Below, one piece after another: positions 61,416 to 64,000 of a stretch of 64,000 bases of DNA. The notes beneath the pieces are model-generated. The model saw only the letters and a program-made list of their open reading frames with translations. It was not told the DNA's origin and ran no database searches. The stretch covers positions 218,533 through 282,532 of the forward strand of contig CALXVP010000001.1 of NCBI GenBank assembly GCA_944392125.1, read 5' to 3'. How positions within the stretch are numbered: the first letter of the stretch is position 1; every line of letters starts with the position of its first letter. This DNA comes from an uncultured Alphaproteobacteria bacterium (lineage in GTDB: Bacteria; Pseudomonadota; Alphaproteobacteria; CAAHEQ01; UBA3637). The translations under genes and the position numbers were made by a program.

Positions 61416-62135
61416 ATGGAGAGAACAACAGATAATTTTTTAGGCGGGAAAGTTCGCTTAATTCAAGAAACAAACGGCTATCGGGCTACCTCGGATTCCG
61501 TTTTAGTCGCGGCCGCCGTGCGCGCAAAGGCGGGAGAAAGCGTGCTGGATGTCGGCTGTGGCAACGGGGTTATTTTGTATTGTCTGAACGCACGTGTTCA
61601 AAATTTAACGCTCGTCGGCATTGAAAAACAATCCGTATTGGCCGACTATGCCCGGCAAAATGCGCTTTTAAATCATGCCGACGCACGTATCCTTTGCGAA
61701 GATATCTTTCAACCGACAACGAGCATTCACGGTATCCAATATCACCACGTTGTTACCAATCCGCCCTATTATACGGAAGATTTTATTCGCGCCCATCCCC
61801 AAACGGCAACGGCTTATCATCAAACAACCGATTTATCGCACTGGATTCGCTTTTGCTTAAAACACATCCGAGCCAAAGGAACGTTTACCATGATACACCG
61901 AACGGAAGCCCTGCCGGAAATTTTGAGTATTTTACAAAAATCACCACTCGGCGCCATAGAGGTTATACCGATTTATTCCAAACAGGCACAACCGGCCAAA
62001 CGTGTGATTGTGCGAGGCATTATGGGCGCGAAAAATCCCTTTATTCTGCAAGAAGGATTGATTATGCACGATTCGCAAAATTTACGCACGGATACGGCAG
62101 AAAAAATTTTAAGATTCGGAGCATGTATCAAATAA
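61416..62135 (+). CDS. SAM-dependent methyltransferase, TrmN6/YfiC-like (tRNA A37 N6)
   Basis: GYRATSDSVL, LDVGCGNG, TNPPY, AKRVIV. Confidence 0.8.
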   Translation: MERTTDNFLGGKVRLIQETNGYRATSDSVLVAAAVRAKAGESVLDVGCGNGVILYCLNARVQNLTLVGIEKQSVLADYARQNALLNHADARILCEDIFQPTTSIHGIQYHHVVTNPPYYTEDFIRAHPQTATAYHQTTDLSHWIRFCLKHIRAKGTFTMIHRTEALPEILSILQKSPLGAIEVIPIYSKQAQPAKRVIVRGIMGAKNPFILQEGLIMHDSQNLRTDTAEKILRFGACIK

Positions 62136-62142
62136 AAACAAC

Positions 62143-62171
62143 TTGACATTCGCATGAAAAAAGCGTATAGA
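62143..62171 (+). promoter_or_regulatory. Promoter of tRNA-Arg
   Basis: TTGACA-N17-TATAGA. Confidence 0.65.
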
Positions 62172-62180
62172 GAGAAACAT

Positions 62181-62257
62181 GGTCCCGTAGCTCAGCTGGA
62201 TAGAGCAACAGCCTTCTAAGCTGTGGGTCGCAAGTTCGAATCTTGCCGGGATCGCCA
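62181..62257 (+). tRNA. tRNA-Arg(TCT)
   Basis: GGTCCCGTAGCTCAGCTGGATAGAGC...ACAGC CT TCT AA GCTGT...GTTCGAATC...CCA. Confidence 0.96.
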
Positions 62258-62261
62258 TCTT

Positions 62262-62286
62262 AAACGCCTTTCGGGGCGTTTTTTTC
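62262..62286 (+). terminator. Terminator after tRNA-Arg
   Basis: AACGCCT TTCG GGGCGTT followed by a T-run. Confidence 0.75.
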
Positions 62287-62478
62287 ATGTTTTTTTTCCA
62301 TTTGGAAAGATTATGTTATATTGAATTCGGATATTTCATTCCGTATCGTGGAAAGACGTATCATAAGTAAGAAAGGATTTTTAAATGGAATCGGCGTATC
62401 AGAAATGCGTCAAATCATTTAAGCATAAAAAAAGCACCCTTCAAAAGGGCGCATCCATTACAAACTATATTTTGAAAA

Positions 62479-62553
62479 TGGTGGGTGTGACAGGGATTGA
62501 ACCTGTGACCCCTACCGTGTGAAGGTAATGCTCTCCCGCTGAGCTACACACCC
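62479..62553 (-). tRNA. tRNA-Val(CAC)
   Basis: Minus strand GGGTGTGTAGCTCAGCGGGAGAGCA TTACC TT CAC AC GGTAG...GGTTCAATCC...ACCA. Confidence 0.95.
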
Positions 62554-62569
62554 AAGTTCAATGGAATCA

Positions 62570-62598
62570 CTTATACAAGAAGAAATCAGCGATGTCAA
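62570..62598 (-). promoter_or_regulatory. Promoter of tRNA-Val
   Basis: TTGACA-N17-TATAAG on the minus strand. Confidence 0.65.
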
Positions 62599-62671
62599 TA
62601 AAAATTTTTCATTTTTCTTTTTTTTATTGACAGAAGCCCTTTTGCCTGCTAGCTTGCATCAAGGGAGTTTT

Positions 62672-63706
62672 ATGGGAAAAGCCATAAAAAATTTTCAAAT
62701 GAATCAAAGAAAAATTATTTTATTTATCCTGGTTGCCCTATGCGTTATGGCCGGCAGTGCCGGACTTTATTTCTATCACAAAAAAATCGATTATCCTGTT
62801 GACTTGGTTTATTTATGGGTTGACGGAGACGATATTGCCTGGCTCAAAAAGAAAATAACCGCCCAAGCGAAAGAAACGAATCTTGCAGAAAACGCCATTG
62901 ATGAAGCGCGCTTTCGTGAATTTGATGAATTAAAATATGCCCTGCGGTCCGTTGAACAGAATCTGCCTTGGATAAATCATATTTATATTATTACGGATAA
63001 TCAAGTTCCCGACTGGCTGAATACGGATAACCCCAAAGTATCCATTATTGATCATACCGAAATTTTTCCCGAAGATGCCCTGCCCGTCTTTAATTCCAAT
63101 GCAATAGAGGCGCAAGTTCCGTATATCCCCGGCTTATCCGAGCACTTTTTGCTATCCAATGACGATTGCTATGTTCGCGTTCCGTTGGATAAAGATTTTT
63201 TCTTTAATGATAAAGGCGATCCGCGCGTTTATGTAAAATATAAAAAACGCACGTATGATACTAATTTATGGTTGGCACAAATTAAAAAAGCGCATGAATT
63301 AATTACCGAAAAGTATCCGTTGAATTTTGTTGTTACGCCGTCGCACAATATAGATGCTTACCGTAAATCTTACTATTTAGATACCATCAAAGAGTTTCCG
63401 GAAGAATTTAAGCAAACAACCTATTCCAAATTTCGCAGGGAAAGTAATATCAATAGAATTATTGTATCGTTACGTGACAGAATGCTGAACAGGAATGAAA
63501 TGTATGAAAATCACTCGGCACCTACCCTACCAACGTCTTGCAATACCGCATTTGCACTCATATCAAATGATTTTGATACGTTATTCGAAACACGCCCCTG
63601 TTTATTTTGCCTGAACGATTACGAGGGGAAAAGCGATATCAGTCTTTCCATTACGCAAACAATACTGGAAGGGCTGTTCCCCGAAAAATCATCATTTGAA
63701 AAGTAG
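62672..63706 (+). CDS. Stealth-family protein (hexose-1-phosphate transferase-like) with N-terminal membrane anchor
   Basis: CR1 VDLVYLWVDGDD, CR2 ELKYALRSV...PWINHIYIIT...FNSNAIE...NDD, CR4 FCLND...FPEKSSFE; GGGAG RBS before 62672. Confidence 0.9.
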   Translation: MGKAIKNFQMNQRKIILFILVALCVMAGSAGLYFYHKKIDYPVDLVYLWVDGDDIAWLKKKITAQAKETNLAENAIDEARFREFDELKYALRSVEQNLPWINHIYIITDNQVPDWLNTDNPKVSIIDHTEIFPEDALPVFNSNAIEAQVPYIPGLSEHFLLSNDDCYVRVPLDKDFFFNDKGDPRVYVKYKKRTYDTNLWLAQIKKAHELITEKYPLNFVVTPSHNIDAYRKSYYLDTIKEFPEEFKQTTYSKFRRESNINRIIVSLRDRMLNRNEMYENHSAPTLPTSCNTAFALISNDFDTLFETRPCLFCLNDYEGKSDISLSITQTILEGLFPEKSSFEK

Positions 63707-64000
63707 CAAAAAACGCGCAATCCAATAATGTCCCGATATAAATGCACTCAAAATGAGGCGCGAACCGAAGTCCAACGCATTTTTGCGGATAATTCCTTTT
63801 TGGAGCATATCGGCAAATGTGCGCGATGCGGTATTAAAAAATTCACGACGCATGTGCGGATCGCAACATTTTTTAACCGGTTTTGCTCCAATCATCCGAA
63901 AAGCATCTTTTGTTAAATCGGCAATAAATTCATCTTTCAATGCATTCGGCACTCTGTTTTCTTTTATGAAGCTGTCATAAGAAGCATAAATGCGCTCAAT
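63692..64000 (-). CDS. 3' end of an unidentified gene entering from the right edge
   Basis: Open frame from the window edge (IERIYASYDSFIKENRVPNALKDEF...) to the stop at 63692. Confidence 0.55.
   Translation of the reverse strand: MERIYASYDSFIKENRVPNALKDEFIADLTKDAFRMIGAKPVKKCCDPHMRREFFNTASRTFADMLQKGIIRKNALDFGSRLILSAFISGHYWIARFLLLFK

Noticed and set aside
62258-62478. Possible integrated element at the tRNA 3' ends
   Set aside because: No integrase and no duplicated tRNA 3' end seen in the window.
62561-62671. Longer N-terminus of the Stealth ORF given in the track
   Set aside because: Overlaps the tRNA-Val promoter; a better RBS lies before ATG 62672.
1-64000. Frequent CCGTT/AACGG words as a possible DNA-uptake sequence
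   Set aside because: Mostly explained by codon preference (ACG, CCG, GTT); no longer conserved core is visible, and a k-mer test cannot be run here.

Overview
Chromosomal window from an Alphaproteobacterium. The gene order (lolE-lolD-dnaE, rodZ-prfA-prmC, yqeY-dnaG-rpoD, efp-suhB) and the GRSMVEM-type prepilins resemble uncultured gut-associated lineages such as RF32; this taxonomic call is inference. Most of the window is housekeeping: dnaE (partial), lolDE, prmC, prfA, rodZ, dnaG, rpoD, asmA-like, trkH, clpB, queA, smpB, prmA, mscL, suhB, efp, argS, cca and rnd. RNA genes are SRP RNA, tRNA-Arg(TCT) and tRNA-Val(CAC). No CRISPR, transposase, integrase or rRNA was found. The most interesting accessory signals are four. 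(1) Three type IV pilin-like proteins have Arg instead of Phe at +1 (G|RSMVE), one with a 72-aa leader and a Cys-rich repeat tail, and there is an A24 prepilin peptidase lacking the methylase domain. (2) Five unrelated orphan proteins (ankyrin, two GNAT-like, two others) end in similar RE/ER tails, a possible type IV secretion signal. (3) A roughly 180-nt multi-hairpin element follows rpoD. (4) A lipoprotein carries four VPADAFxGxA motifs. Product names come from motif recognition by eye, not database searches.
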